64,000 nucleotides of DNA, from positions 4,064,001-4,128,000 of the forward strand of contig OY970296.1 of the NCBI GenBank assembly GCA_963716175.1, written 5' to 3'. The DNA comes from an uncultured Armatimonadetes bacterium. Its GTDB lineage: Bacteria; Armatimonadota; Hebobacteria; Hebobacterales; Hebobacteraceae. The notes under the pieces were generated by a model. It ran no database searches, was not told where the DNA came from, and was given only the letters and a program-made list of their open reading frames with translations. This document shows positions 9,919 through 21,762 of the stretch, piece after piece (the first letter of the stretch is position 1; every line of letters begins with the position of its first letter). A program made the position numbers and the translations under genes.

Positions 9919-10533
9919 TCACTTCGGCTGGGCTGCAGACGGCCTCACCAACTCCCCGATGCCTCCCTCCGGTTCGCCTGCGACTCTGACTGTGATGTCC
10001 GGTTCCAGTGCGCCTCCGGCCACCTGCAGCCTGCCCTTGTTGCGGTACTCACCCCACACCACCTGCCTCTCGCCTTCGTAGCCATCTATGAACAGGTCCC
10101 GGTCGGGTCGCTCTGCCATCAAGACCTTCATCACCTCGATGGTATCCTTGCGGAGGGTGCCGGGATCGGTCCCCAGAGAGGGCGCGAAATCCACCCGCAG
10201 TCGGTCCCCGGCCAGATAATGTACTGACAGCACCTCTCCCAACTCGAACACGGGCATGGTCTGGAGCCGCGCCCGCAGCCGCTGTTCCGCTTCCCGGCCG
10301 GGCGCCACGTTGAGCATGGCTCGCGCGCCATATCCCAGCAAGGCCACCCCTGCCAGGATGGCAAACAGCAGCGCCCACCTCCAGCCGGCCATCCGAGGCG
10401 CCTCGCTCGCTTCCTGGGTGGCCGAGGAAGGGACTTGGTTCATCAACAGGTCGCCAAAGCCCGCGGCCTCAGGCCGCTGATCCTGGCTCTTCTCTTCCGG
10501 TGCATCCGGGGCCATTTGCGTCTCCCAACCCAC
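9919..10533 (-). CDS. Hypothetical single-TM membrane protein
   Basis: Clean ORF with one TM helix; convergent with previous gene. Confidence 0.7.
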   Translation of the reverse strand: MGWETQMAPDAPEEKSQDQRPEAAGFGDLLMNQVPSSATQEASEAPRMAGWRWALLFAILAGVALLGYGARAMLNVAPGREAEQRLRARLQTMPVFELGEVLSVHYLAGDRLRVDFAPSLGTDPGTLRKDTIEVMKVLMAERPDRDLFIDGYEGERQVVWGEYRNKGRLQVAGGALEPDITVRVAGEPEGGIGELVRPSAAQPK

Positions 10534-10583
10534 GATATACCTAGTTCCGGCTTCGACGCGGCTGCCCTATCCCCTGCGTCTGC

Positions 10584-11973
10584 TCAGCCCGGCCGCGGCA
10601 GGCTGCGGGCAATCCTGTCCATCTGGAAGCCCAGCCCGGGCCCCTGAAGAGTAGACGTGTCGAGGAGGCCGTGGCGGCGGCGGAAGATGCCGGGATGCAC
10701 GGCCGCCTCGGGCTCGGAGAAGGCCGGGTAGAACTGATGCGAGTTCGCCTCCACCCCCATCATCGGGTGTAAGCGCGCTGCCATGCCGGCCGATTGCAGC
10801 AAGGCGAGCGCTGGATTCGTCAGGTCCTGGATGGAATAGGGCACGCCCATCTGCTCCGCCTTGGCTGCGATCACCAGCTCCGGGGACTGGCACTTGCAGG
10901 CCTTCAGCGAAACCCCGGACCAGCCCAGCTCCAGGGCCAGCGCGGAAATCCTCCAGGCCTGTCAAGCTCTCATCCACCAGCACCGGCTTGAGGCGCGCGA
11001 TGGGCCGCATGTCGAGTCTGCGCGCCCCCAGGTCGCGCTCGGTGGGCTGCTCCACGTAGAGGATCTCGGCGAAGGCCTGCGGGTCCCGCTCCCGCACCCG
11101 CTCCAGGAACTCGACCATGTACTCCACGGTCTCGCACATCTCGTTGGTATCGGCGCTGAAGTAGAGATCGTGCCGCCCGATGCGCTGCCGCACCTCCACC
11201 GCGATCTGCGCCACCTCCAGCATGCGCGCGATGTCCCACTCCAGATCAATCCCCCTCAGCTTCACCTTCAGGCAGAACAGGTCATCCCACTCGATCCACT
11301 CGTCCATCGAATTGGGCAGCCCGTCCTTGGGGTCGGAGTCGTCCACCTCGCTCCGCCGCAGCTTGTCCAGACCGCCGACGAGGTGGAACACCGGCACCTG
11401 GGGCCGAAAGGCCTTCTCGATGTAGTCGGCCGGGTACTTCCCTTTGAACTCGGGGCCCAGGTAGCGGCTGAGGTCGTGCTCCATGCACTCGCGGCCATAG
11501 CCCTCGTAGCTGGAGATCCCATTGGCGATGCCGAAAGCGTCGTGCACGGCCGCGTCCACTGGGGAGGCCGACACCAAGGCCCCGAGGAATGGCAGCGGCA
11601 CTGCGAACTTCAGCTCGGCGCTGATCGCGCCCGCCATCTCCCGCAGGCCATCCTCGACCTCGAAATAGAGGTCAATGGGATGGCCGAACTGCCCGAGCCC
11701 CCGTACCAGCTTGCAGTAGCGCCGGGTGACCTCCCGCATCCCCTCCAGGCGCAGGTCGTGCGGCACCCGCTCATCGGGCATCGCCCACACATCGCTCAGA
11801 AACATCCCGCCCCAGCCCGCGCCGCGCTGCCCGCGCCGGTTCTCCACCTCCACCCGCACCGTGGCGTAGTCCAGCCGGTCCATCACCACGCCGCCGAACT
11901 TCAGCGGCGTGCGCGCCATAGCCGGTATGAAATACGCCGTTGCCTCAACTACCCGGATATCGCTGTCCATCAT
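10584..11973 (-). CDS. Mandelate racemase/enolase-superfamily protein (frameshift ~10944)
   Basis: LKVKLRG, ADTNE, YVEQP, DESL motifs; C-terminus (QDLTNP, GVEAN, GPGLG) in ORF 10584..10874; RBS GAGGAGG. Confidence 0.85.
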
Positions 11974-11991
11974 CTCCTCCTCGTCGTACTC

Positions 11992-12111
11992 GTAGGGCAG
12001 GTCCCCCTAGGCCCGCTGCCGCGGTGGCTAGGCCCGAAGGGCCGCCATCCCGGCTTCGCCTAGGGACCGGGGTGGCGGCCGGCTCTGCCGGCCTAGCCAC
12101 GCGACCTGCCC
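11992..12111. repeat. GTAG-led nested palindromic element
   Basis: GTAGGGCAGGTC...GTGGCTAGGCC...GCCGCCATCCCGG / CCGGGGTGGCGGC...GGCCTAGCCAC...GACCTGCCC. Confidence 0.8.
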
Positions 12112-12117
12112 AGAACC

Positions 12118-12232
12118 TCACCGCTCAATCGCCGCCTTCTGCTCGTTGATCGCCCTTATCACCGCCGGGTCGGACTTCGCTCGCCGATCATAGGCATGCA
12201 GGCCATTGACCTCTTGCTCTATGTCGCACATC
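12118..12232 (-). pseudogene. Diverged duplicate of the last ~35 codons of the GH2 gene
   Basis: 12121-12226 matches 12314-12419 at 96/106 nt. Confidence 0.85.
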
Positions 12233-12307
12233 GTAGGGCAGGTCCGCGACCTGCCCAGGCGGGCATGCCCTGCGGCTTCGCTCAGGGTGAACTCCGACAT
12301 GCCCGAC

Positions 12308-12313
<6 letters not shown>
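12233..12313. repeat. REP-like inverted doublet that supplies the GH2 stop codon
   Basis: GTAGGGCAGGTCCGCGACCTGCCC + GGCGGGCATG...GACATGCCCGACCTACAG. Confidence 0.85.
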
Positions 12314-14039
<1,726 letters not shown>

Positions 14040-14140
14040 CCTTGATGCCTCCTGCTCAGATCACGGTGGATTACGTCCCCGGCGTCTTTCGTTGCGGGAG
14101 CCCCTAGGTCCTGCGGACCGGGGTGGCGGCGCAGAGCGCT

Positions 14141-14271
14141 TAGAAGCTGTTTCATAACCTTCCCAGGGAAGGTTATGAAACAGCACCGCATAACGTCAGG
14201 CAGTAGCAAGCGCATTTCATGCGAGGGCGTAGTGCGGCCAGCCAGCAGGTAGGTTATGAAATGCGCTCTAG
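14141..14271. mobile_element. Putative MITE/IS-end remnant
   Basis: Terminal IR TAGAAGCTGTTTCATAACCT / AGGTTATGAAATGCGCTCTA (15/20) and perfect internal 19-bp inverted repeat 14146-14184. Confidence 0.5.
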
Positions 14272-14449
14272 CCACTTGCCTCCTGCCCCCTGCGGTGCGA
14301 GACTGCGGAGGCGGCCCGCGCCGAACACTCTGGACGCCTCCTCCGTCTCTTGTTGCGGCTATCAGCACAGCCGGCAGCAGAATCCGGCGAAACTTTCCGC
14401 CCCTGGAATGCGTCTAACGGAGTGCGGGCGGATATGGGAAGAGCAAGCG

Positions 14450-14719
14450 ATGGCAACTACCGAGCTGCGTTCAACTGAGCACACCCAGCAAGCGGAGCTG
14501 ACACTCGCGCCCACCGCCGGCGACCGGCCCGTATACCTGGACAGCCGCCGGGAGGCGGCGCGCCGACTGGCCCAGCAGATAGATGCCAGGGCGCGTGAGT
14601 ACCTCTCCCTGGCCGAGCAGCTGACCACAACCCTGAGCGCAGCCCGCACCAAGCGCCAGGACGCGTGGAGACAGCAGCACAGGGCAAGGAGAAGGGACCG
14701 GCCCGGCGCAGGCACCTGA
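14450..14719 (+). CDS. Small hypothetical coiled-coil protein
   Basis: ATG at 14450, helical composition, ECF-like promoter upstream. Confidence 0.55.
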   Translation: MATTELRSTEHTQQAELTLAPTAGDRPVYLDSRREAARRLAQQIDARAREYLSLAEQLTTTLSAARTKRQDAWRQQHRARRRDRPGAGT

Positions 14720-14861
14720 CATACGCCACTACCTCCCAATTCGATCAGGGTTGGCACCCCAGAGCGGCCCGTCCTCCTCGGGCCGCTCTGGAACATCTTG
14801 CAGGCTTGCCTCCTGCTCGCCTCGCGTTGACCTGCCACTTCCTTCGTGCTAGATTACGCCG

Positions 14862-16187
14862 ATGGCGAGCTTTGCAGCACGCGGACCGAAGGGTTCCCGT
14901 CTCAAGTGGGTGTTGCTGGGGCTGCTGGTCTTTGTCACGGGCCAGCCCAAGCGGTGCGAGGGGGTGCTGCCACAGCTTCGCGTGGGTCTGCTCCAGCACC
15001 AGTCCGAGATCACTTTCTCCGGCCCCGCAGGCGTCACTGTTCAGACCTGGGGCAGGGACAAGGTGCTGGCCTGGGCGCCGCCCCACGGGCTCTGGAAGGT
15101 GCGTGAGGGCGATGGCGGCCTGGCGCTGGTGGACCCGGCGGGCGGGCAGACCGCGGTGCAGCAAAAAGGCCTGAGACTGCTGCCGCCCGAGGGCGGCGTC
15201 GTGACCATTCATGGGGTACAGGGCCACTGGGATGGGCGCACGAATCGCGACTATCGCGGCGCCATTGAGGTCAGGAGCCTGGCGGGCGGGCTGAGCGCCA
15301 TCAACCTGGTGGACCTCGAGACCTACCTGCGGGGGGTCGTGCCCTCCGAGATGCCGGCAACTTATCCCTTTGCCGCCCTCCAAGCGCAGGCCGTAGCCGC
15401 CCGCGGCCAGGCGCTGACCAAGGCCGGCCGACACCGGGCCGAGGGCTTCGATCTCTGCTCACAGCAGCACTGCCAGGTGTACGGAGGCGCAACCAGCGAG
15501 GACCCGAGGAGCGACCAGGCGGTAGCAGGCACCTGGGGAGAAGTGCTGGTGTACGAGGGCCGGCTGGCGGACACTCTGTACGCCTCCACCTGTGGAGGCC
15601 ATACTGCGAGCAACGAAGACTACTGGACCGACGCCGCACCCGTTCCCTATCTGCAAGGGGTGCCGGATTTCGAGCCGGAGGACAAGGTGGCCGCCGCTTT
15701 CCCGCTCACCGAGGCGGCGGCGAGAGACTATCTGAAATACGCGCCCCGGGTGCATTGCAACCAGCCGGCCTATGCCAAGAGCGACAAGATCCGTTGGTGG
15801 TCGGTGGTCGGCCGGGAGGAGTTGGAGAAGACGCTGCGAGAGGCGATTGGCGATTTCGGGGCCCTGCTGGAGGTGCGCGTCGCCGACCGGGCGGCCTCAG
15901 GCCTGGTGCGGAGAGTGGATATCATCGGCAGTCGCAGGCTGGTCAAAGTGCAGGGCGGGCCCGCCATCCGGAGGGCCCTCGGCGGTCTCAACTCGGCCTC
16001 CTTCGCCATTCAGGCCTATCAGGACAAGGAGGGTCTCCCGGTTGCCTTCGCCATCTGGGGGGCGGGCTGGGGGCACCAGGTCGGTATGTGCCAGGTGGGG
16101 GCGGCCGGGCTGGCTGACCGCGGGTGGGGATATCAGCGCATTCTGTCGAAGTACTATACGGGTTGCAGCGTCGAGCGGCGGTACTGA
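14862..16187 (+). CDS. SpoIID/LytB-domain lytic transglycosylase
   Basis: VDLETYLRGVVPSEM, ALQAQAVAAR, HCQVYGG, GAGWGHQVGMCQVGA. Confidence 0.93.
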   Translation: MASFAARGPKGSRLKWVLLGLLVFVTGQPKRCEGVLPQLRVGLLQHQSEITFSGPAGVTVQTWGRDKVLAWAPPHGLWKVREGDGGLALVDPAGGQTAVQQKGLRLLPPEGGVVTIHGVQGHWDGRTNRDYRGAIEVRSLAGGLSAINLVDLETYLRGVVPSEMPATYPFAALQAQAVAARGQALTKAGRHRAEGFDLCSQQHCQVYGGATSEDPRSDQAVAGTWGEVLVYEGRLADTLYASTCGGHTASNEDYWTDAAPVPYLQGVPDFEPEDKVAAAFPLTEAAARDYLKYAPRVHCNQPAYAKSDKIRWWSVVGREELEKTLREAIGDFGALLEVRVADRAASGLVRRVDIIGSRRLVKVQGGPAIRRALGGLNSASFAIQAYQDKEGLPVAFAIWGAGWGHQVGMCQVGAAGLADRGWGYQRILSKYYTGCSVERRY

Positions 16188-16209
16188 GCCTCTGCGTCCT
16201 CAGCGACCT

Positions 16210-16235
16210 GTTGGGCAGGAGCCGAAGCTCCTGCC
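16210..16235 (+). repeat. GTTG-type REP-like hairpin
   Basis: GTTGGGCAGGAGCCGAAGCTCCTGCC. Confidence 0.75.
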
Positions 16236-16255
16236 AGAGACTCCAGGAGACAAGA

Positions 16256-17236
16256 GTGAGGATCAGCGATCTGACTCCGAATAAGCGGGTGGAAGGCCGC
16301 TATCTCGTGCTGCGGAAGGAGCTCCGCCAGGGGGGCCGTGCCGGCTTCTTCCTCGACCTCACGCTCTGTGACGCGACGGGCCGGGTGCCGGCGAAGGTCT
16401 GGGAGAGCGCGGCCGCCGTTGCCGAACGGTTCCAACAGGGCGATGTGGTGGAGATCAGCGGCGTGGCCGAGACCTACCGGGATGAGCTCCAGCTCCGCCT
16501 GGAGGAGATCCGCCCGCTGCCACCCGAGGAGGCCGATTCCAGCGATTTCTTGCCGAGGAGCGAGAAGGATCTGGACGACCTGGAGCGGCGACTCGCCGAG
16601 CTAGTCAGGTCAGTTCGGAACCCGCACCTGCGAGAGCTGCTGCTCGCGCTTTTCCGAGATCAAGAATTCCGCGGGAGATTCCTCACTGCGCCAGCGGCGA
16701 AGGCGCTCCACCACAGCTACATCGGCGGACTGCTCGAACACACGGTGGAGGTGGCGGAGCTGTGCGAGAAGGTGGCCGAACTCTTCCCCGAGCTGGATCG
16801 CGACCTGCTGCTGACCGGCGCTATTCTGCACGACGCGGGGAAGATCGAGGAGCTGAGCTGGAAGACGGCCTTCGACTACACCGACCCCGGCCAACTGCTG
16901 GGCCACCTGGTGCTGGGAGAGCGCCGCATGAGGCAGGAGGCGGAGAAGATCGAGGGCTTCCCGGAGGAGCTGAAGCTGCTGCTCAGCCACATGATCCTGA
17001 GCCATCATGGGGTCCCGGAATACGGCTCGCCCAAGTCGCCTATGACCGCGGAGGCGATCGCTCTCCATCACGCCGAGGACCTGGACGCCAAGGTGAACCT
17101 CTTCCTGGGCCAGATCGGCGCGGCCCGCGAGCAGGGCCGCCGCTGGACTGAGCGGCATTTCCTGCTGGGGCGGCCATTCTACGCGGGGCCGCCGGACGCG
17201 GTCGAGCCGGAAGCGAGCGCGACTGATGCGGATTAG
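16256..17236 (+). CDS. yhaM: YhaM-family OB-fold + HD 3'-5' exoribonuclease
   Basis: OB fold, APAAKALHHSYIGGLLEH, LHDAGK, LSHHG...GSP. Confidence 0.88.
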   Translation: MRISDLTPNKRVEGRYLVLRKELRQGGRAGFFLDLTLCDATGRVPAKVWESAAAVAERFQQGDVVEISGVAETYRDELQLRLEEIRPLPPEEADSSDFLPRSEKDLDDLERRLAELVRSVRNPHLRELLLALFRDQEFRGRFLTAPAAKALHHSYIGGLLEHTVEVAELCEKVAELFPELDRDLLLTGAILHDAGKIEELSWKTAFDYTDPGQLLGHLVLGERRMRQEAEKIEGFPEELKLLLSHMILSHHGVPEYGSPKSPMTAEAIALHHAEDLDAKVNLFLGQIGAAREQGRRWTERHFLLGRPFYAGPPDAVEPEASATDAD

Positions 17237-18371
17237 CTACTCTCGATGCTCCACCTACCAGCGCTGCCCGCAGCAGTACCGGCTCCAGTACGTGGATCGC
17301 ATCCCACCTCCGCGGGCGATCGAGCTGGAGTTCGGCGCGGCCGTGCATCAGGCCTTGAAGTTCATGCACGATCCCGCGCAGATCAAGGCCCCCTCGCTCG
17401 AGGACGTGGTTGACGCCTTCGCCAGGGCCTGGAAAGAGGAGGCCCCCCCGGGGTCAGAGGAGGAAAGGCAGACCTATTTCGAGCAGGGGGTGCTGCTGCT
17501 GCAGCGCTACTACGGCAAGCACTCTCACGCCGAGAAAGACCGCTATACTGCCACTACCGAGCAGTTCTTCACCATCCCGTTCGACCGCGAGCACGCCCTG
17601 ACCGGCCGCATAGATCGCGTGGATGTGCTGCCGGACAACAGGCTGGAGGTGATAGACTACAAGACCAGTAGGCGGATGCCGCCGCAGAGTGTGCTGGCGA
17701 AAGATGCCCAGTTGGCGATCTACCGCATGGCCGCCGATGTGCTCTATCCCGGTCGAGAGGTGACCACCGCGCTGCTGTACGTCTTCCACGACTACGAGAT
17801 GCGGATGACCCAGAGCGAAGAGTTCCTGGCCGAGAAGCAGGAGGAGATCAGGGAGGTGATCGCGGGCATCCAGGCGGAGAGCTTCGACCCCCGGCCGGGG
17901 CCGCAGTGCGACTGGTGCGGCTATCAGGAATACTGCCAGCTCTACCGCGCGCCCCTCGTGCCGCCGGACCTGGCGGACCTTGACATCGGCGGCATCCTCG
18001 CCGCATGCGCAGAGTTGGATGCCCAGGGGAAGGAGACCGAGCAGCGGCTGGAGGCGCTGAAGCAGCAGATTCATGACTATCTGGATCGCTGCCAGGCGGA
18101 GCGAGTAGTGGCAGGAGGCTATGTCGCGGAGCGGCGGAAATGGCGGCGCGCGGCGGCGTGGGACGAGGCGAGGCTGCGGGAGGTCCTGGAGCCCCTGGGG
18201 CTGTGGGACAAAGCCACCCGGGTGAGCAGCTCTGCGGTGCGCGATCTGCTCCAATCTCAGCAGCTCTCGCAGGCGCAGAAGCGGGAGGTGGAGGCGGCCG
18301 CCAGCTATCGCGAGACCCAGCAGCTCAGGGTGAGGCCCGCGGCCGCGCCAGACGAGGAGAGCGAGCAATGA
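17226..18371 (+). CDS. RecB-like PD-(D/E)xK nuclease with Cys cluster
   Basis: SYSR...RCPQQY, GRIDRVD, IDYKTS, QLAIY, CDWCGYQEYC. Confidence 0.85.
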   Translation: MRISYSRCSTYQRCPQQYRLQYVDRIPPPRAIELEFGAAVHQALKFMHDPAQIKAPSLEDVVDAFARAWKEEAPPGSEEERQTYFEQGVLLLQRYYGKHSHAEKDRYTATTEQFFTIPFDREHALTGRIDRVDVLPDNRLEVIDYKTSRRMPPQSVLAKDAQLAIYRMAADVLYPGREVTTALLYVFHDYEMRMTQSEEFLAEKQEEIREVIAGIQAESFDPRPGPQCDWCGYQEYCQLYRAPLVPPDLADLDIGGILAACAELDAQGKETEQRLEALKQQIHDYLDRCQAERVVAGGYVAERRKWRRAAAWDEARLREVLEPLGLWDKATRVSSSAVRDLLQSQQLSQAQKREVEAAASYRETQQLRVRPAAAPDEESEQ

Positions 18372-19474
18372 GCAGTGTGGAACTGACCCGGCCCTGTGTG
18401 AGCGAGCTGATCCCGTACACGCCGGGGAAACCAATCCAAGAGGTGCAGCGGGAGTACGGGCTGACCGACATCGTGAAGCTGGCCTCGAACGAGAACCCGC
18501 TGGGCCCCTCGCAGAAGGCAGTGGAGGCGATCTGCAAGGCGGCCCAGGAGGTCCGGCTCTACCCGGACAACGATTGCTATCACCTCAGGAGAGCGGTCTC
18601 CAGGCACCTGGAGGTCGAGACCAACCAGGTCCTGCTGGGCCACGGCAGCGATGAGCTGATCCACAACACCGGCCTGGCCTTCATGTGCCCCGGGGATGAG
18701 GTGATGATGTGCTCCGGCCCGTTCAGCCAGTACGAGTTCAGCGCCAAGCTGATGGAGGCGACGCCGGTCTACGTCCCCCAGAGGGACTGGCGCTACGATC
18801 TGGCGGCGATGGCCCATCGGCTGACCGCGCGCACCAAGGTGGTGTTCATCGCCAATCCCAACAACCCGACCGGGACCATCGTCACCAGGGATGAGCTGGC
18901 GCGGTTCATGTCCGCGGTGCCCGATTGCACCATCGTGGTGATGGACGAGGCCTACTCCGAGTACGTGGACGATCCCGCATACCCTGACAGCCTGTCCCTG
19001 GTGCGGGAGGGCCGCCGCGTGATCGTGCTGCGCACGTTCTCGAAGATCTACGCGCTCGCCGGCCTGCGCGTCGGATACGGCGCCACTACGCCTGAGCTGG
19101 CCCAGGCCATGGAGCGAGTGCGCGAGCCCTTCACCGTCACCAGTGTGGGCCAGGCCGCGGCCCTGGCCAGCCTGGGGGACAGAGAGCAGATCGAGCGCAG
19201 CGTCACCCTCAACCGGCAGTCCAAAACTTACCTCTACCAGGAGCTGAAGCGGCTGGGACTGAGCTCCACTCCCAGCCAGGCGAATTTCGTCTGGGTGGAC
19301 CTGGGGAGGGACTGCCGAGAGGTATTCCTCGGCCTTTTGCGCCGGGGGGTGATCGTGCGCACGGGAGACATCTTCGGCGCCCCCACTCACATCCGGGTGA
19401 CCACTGGGACGCTGGAGCAGAGCCGGAAGTTCGTGGAGGCGCTGGAGCAGGTGGTCGCCGAGGTGAACCCTTGA
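18368..19474 (+). CDS. hisC: Histidinol-phosphate aminotransferase
   Basis: KLASNENP, GSDE, NPNNPTG, DEAY, RTFSKIYALAGLRVGY. Confidence 0.95.
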   Translation: MSSVELTRPCVSELIPYTPGKPIQEVQREYGLTDIVKLASNENPLGPSQKAVEAICKAAQEVRLYPDNDCYHLRRAVSRHLEVETNQVLLGHGSDELIHNTGLAFMCPGDEVMMCSGPFSQYEFSAKLMEATPVYVPQRDWRYDLAAMAHRLTARTKVVFIANPNNPTGTIVTRDELARFMSAVPDCTIVVMDEAYSEYVDDPAYPDSLSLVREGRRVIVLRTFSKIYALAGLRVGYGATTPELAQAMERVREPFTVTSVGQAAALASLGDREQIERSVTLNRQSKTYLYQELKRLGLSSTPSQANFVWVDLGRDCREVFLGLLRRGVIVRTGDIFGAPTHIRVTTGTLEQSRKFVEALEQVVAEVNP

Positions 19475-19714
19475 CCCCCGGGGCCGCCCTGCCGGGGCCG
19501 GCCCGCAGGGGGAAAGCGCCACTGGTGGAACTGGTGCACATCCTCCAGTGCCAGGCGGCAAACCTCGGGCTGGTTTGGTGGAACATAGAGCGCAGAGCGC
19601 CTATGGACAAGGCGGCCCTTGGGTAACATAATGGACGGCGAGGCCGTGACGCTGAGATCGAGCCGAGCCGGTCTGTCGGCCTCTCGACTCTAGCCAGAAG
19701 GAGCGTGCTAGCTG

Positions 19715-20560
19715 ATGCTGTGTCGCAGATGCGGTATGGAAAGCACCACCACCGATGTCTGTGAGTGGTGCCACAAGCCGATGCTGGCGGCGGGTGCGGC
19801 CGCCGCTGGGAGGCAGGCACGACCGGAAAACGGCCAGCCTGAGACGACGACGCAGCAGCACGCGCAGGTGGTCGAGCAGGAAGAAGCAGCCGCGGAAGGG
19901 CTGCCAGAGCTCAGGGCTGAGCCCGACCAGGAATCCGGCTCGGGGTCGCAGGAAGAGCTGCTTCGCCCGCTCGGGGGTGAGGTCGCGGGGCCGTCAAGGC
20001 CGAGCCCCGGGGTGCCGAGCCACGGGCTCTCAGATGATGCCACTCGCACCTCAGTGGACCTGGGCCAGTACCTGGGGGCAGACCAATCGCTCTTTCGGCC
20101 CTTGCCGCGCTCCGAGCACTCCGCTACCGCCGGCATGGACCCATTGGCTCAGAGGAGGAGCGGGCGCAAGCAGGTGAAGATGGTGTCCGATATCCCGGAC
20201 AACGTCAGGCTACTGCGATCCCTGATTACGGGCATTGTCATCTCCGTACCGCTGGCGGTGGTGCAGTTCGCCGTCGCCCACCAGGTGCCCGATAGGCTCT
20301 ACTTTCTGAAGCTGGGGTCCTCGGATAGTCTCCTCACCGCGCTCTTCTGGGGGATCAGCAGCGGAGTGCTGCTCGGCGGCGGGCTGGGCGCGCTGCTGGT
20401 GCATTTTAAGCGAGGTTCATTCCTGGGCTTGCTGGCCGGGCTCATGATCGGCTGGGTCGGTCTCTCCAACGGCTACTTCGGGATCGTCGCCGCCTCTCTC
20501 ACCGGCATCCTTGTGGGCCGCCACGCCACATATGGCTACCGTCCCGCCGTGACCGTCTAG
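19715..20560 (+). CDS. Hypothetical membrane protein with N-terminal zinc ribbon
   Basis: CRRC...CEWC, low-complexity linker, C-terminal TM helices; RBS AAGGAG. Confidence 0.75.
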   Translation: MLCRRCGMESTTTDVCEWCHKPMLAAGAAAAGRQARPENGQPETTTQQHAQVVEQEEAAAEGLPELRAEPDQESGSGSQEELLRPLGGEVAGPSRPSPGVPSHGLSDDATRTSVDLGQYLGADQSLFRPLPRSEHSATAGMDPLAQRRSGRKQVKMVSDIPDNVRLLRSLITGIVISVPLAVVQFAVAHQVPDRLYFLKLGSSDSLLTALFWGISSGVLLGGGLGALLVHFKRGSFLGLLAGLMIGWVGLSNGYFGIVAASLTGILVGRHATYGYRPAVTV

Positions 20561-20650
20561 CTTCTTCCTCAGCTGGAGGGTGCGCGCGCCTCGAAACCAG
20601 CCGCGGCTCAGGGCAGTGCGTACACACTCAGGAACTGGAGGCAGCTACAG

Positions 20651-20839
20651 GTGACCTTGGATCCGTCGCTGTTGGAGATACTGGCCTGTCCCAAGTGCAA
20701 GACCCCTGTGGAGCTGGAGGGTGACCGCCTGGTCTGCGTCCGCTGCGGCAGGCGCTACCGCGTGGAGGACGGCATTCCCATCATGCTGATTGACGAGGCC
20801 GAGCCGCCGGCTGCGGGTTGGCAGCCCAAGGGGGGATAG
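20651..20839 (+). CDS. Trm112/YcaR-like protein
   Basis: LLEILACPKCK...YRVEDGIPIMLIDEA. Confidence 0.9.
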   Translation: MTLDPSLLEILACPKCKTPVELEGDRLVCVRCGRRYRVEDGIPIMLIDEAEPPAAGWQPKGG

Positions 20840-20853
20840 CGTCCGCGCCGCTC

Positions 20854-21762
20854 ATGCCCGCCCCCGATCTCTCCGTCTGCATCGTCAACTGGAACACATC
20901 CACCGATCTCGAGCAAGCCTTGGCCTCCGTCCTCCAGCCTGAGCCCGGGCTCAGGCTGGAGGTGATCGTGCTGGATAACGCCTCGCAGGACGGCAGCGCG
21001 GACATGGTACGGGGGCGCTTCCCGGGAGTGACGCTGATCCAGAGCGCCCGGAACCTGGGCTTCGCCGCAGGCTACAACCGGGCGGCGGCCCAGGCCAGGG
21101 GCCGGCACTTGCTCATGCTCAATCCCGACACGGTGGTGGCGCCGGGAGCGCTGGGCAGATTGGTGCGTTTCCTCGACGATCACCCCGGGGCCGCCGCGGT
21201 CGGGCCCCGTTTGCTGAACAGCGATGGCAGCCTCCAGCTTTCCTGCCGGCGCTTCCCCAGGCCCATGGCCGCCCTGCTGCGAAACACCCTGCTCGGAAGG
21301 CTGATCGGGGGGCGCGACCGGTTCACCCGGGAGTACCTGATGGCCGACTGGGATCATGCCACCACCCGGGAGGTAGACTGGATCTCGGGCGCCGCCATGG
21401 CGATCCGCCGGGAGGCCTGGGGGAAAGTGGGCGGATTCGACGAAGGCTTCTTCATGTACGCCGAGGATATGGACTGGTGCCTCCGGGCCCACCAGGCGGG
21501 CTACACCATCCATTACCTTCCCGAGGCGGTCATCACCCATCGTATCGGGCGCAGCAGCGATCAACGTCCGCTTGCCATGGTGGTGGAGTTCCATCGCAGC
21601 ATGGTGCGTTTCTACCGCAAGCATTACGCGCCGCATTGGCCCCGGGGCCTGCGGTGGGTCCCCACCGCCGGAATCTGGCTGAGAGCCGGCCTGGTGCTGG
21701 CCCACACCCTCTGGGCCGAAGCGGGTGATTGGCGCCGGGTCTGGCGGAGGCGGGGCCCATGA
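20854..21762 (+). CDS. Glycosyltransferase family 2 (WbbL-like)
   Basis: IVNWN, DNASQDGS, NLGFAAGYN, LNPD, FDEGFFMYAEDMDWC. Confidence 0.92.
   Translation: MPAPDLSVCIVNWNTSTDLEQALASVLQPEPGLRLEVIVLDNASQDGSADMVRGRFPGVTLIQSARNLGFAAGYNRAAAQARGRHLLMLNPDTVVAPGALGRLVRFLDDHPGAAAVGPRLLNSDGSLQLSCRRFPRPMAALLRNTLLGRLIGGRDRFTREYLMADWDHATTREVDWISGAAMAIRREAWGKVGGFDEGFFMYAEDMDWCLRAHQAGYTIHYLPEAVITHRIGRSSDQRPLAMVVEFHRSMVRFYRKHYAPHWPRGLRWVPTAGIWLRAGLVLAHTLWAEAGDWRRVWRRRGP

Noticed and set aside
17226-18371. Cas4
   Set aside because: RecB-like Cys-containing nuclease, but in a housekeeping operon with no cas1/cas2 or array
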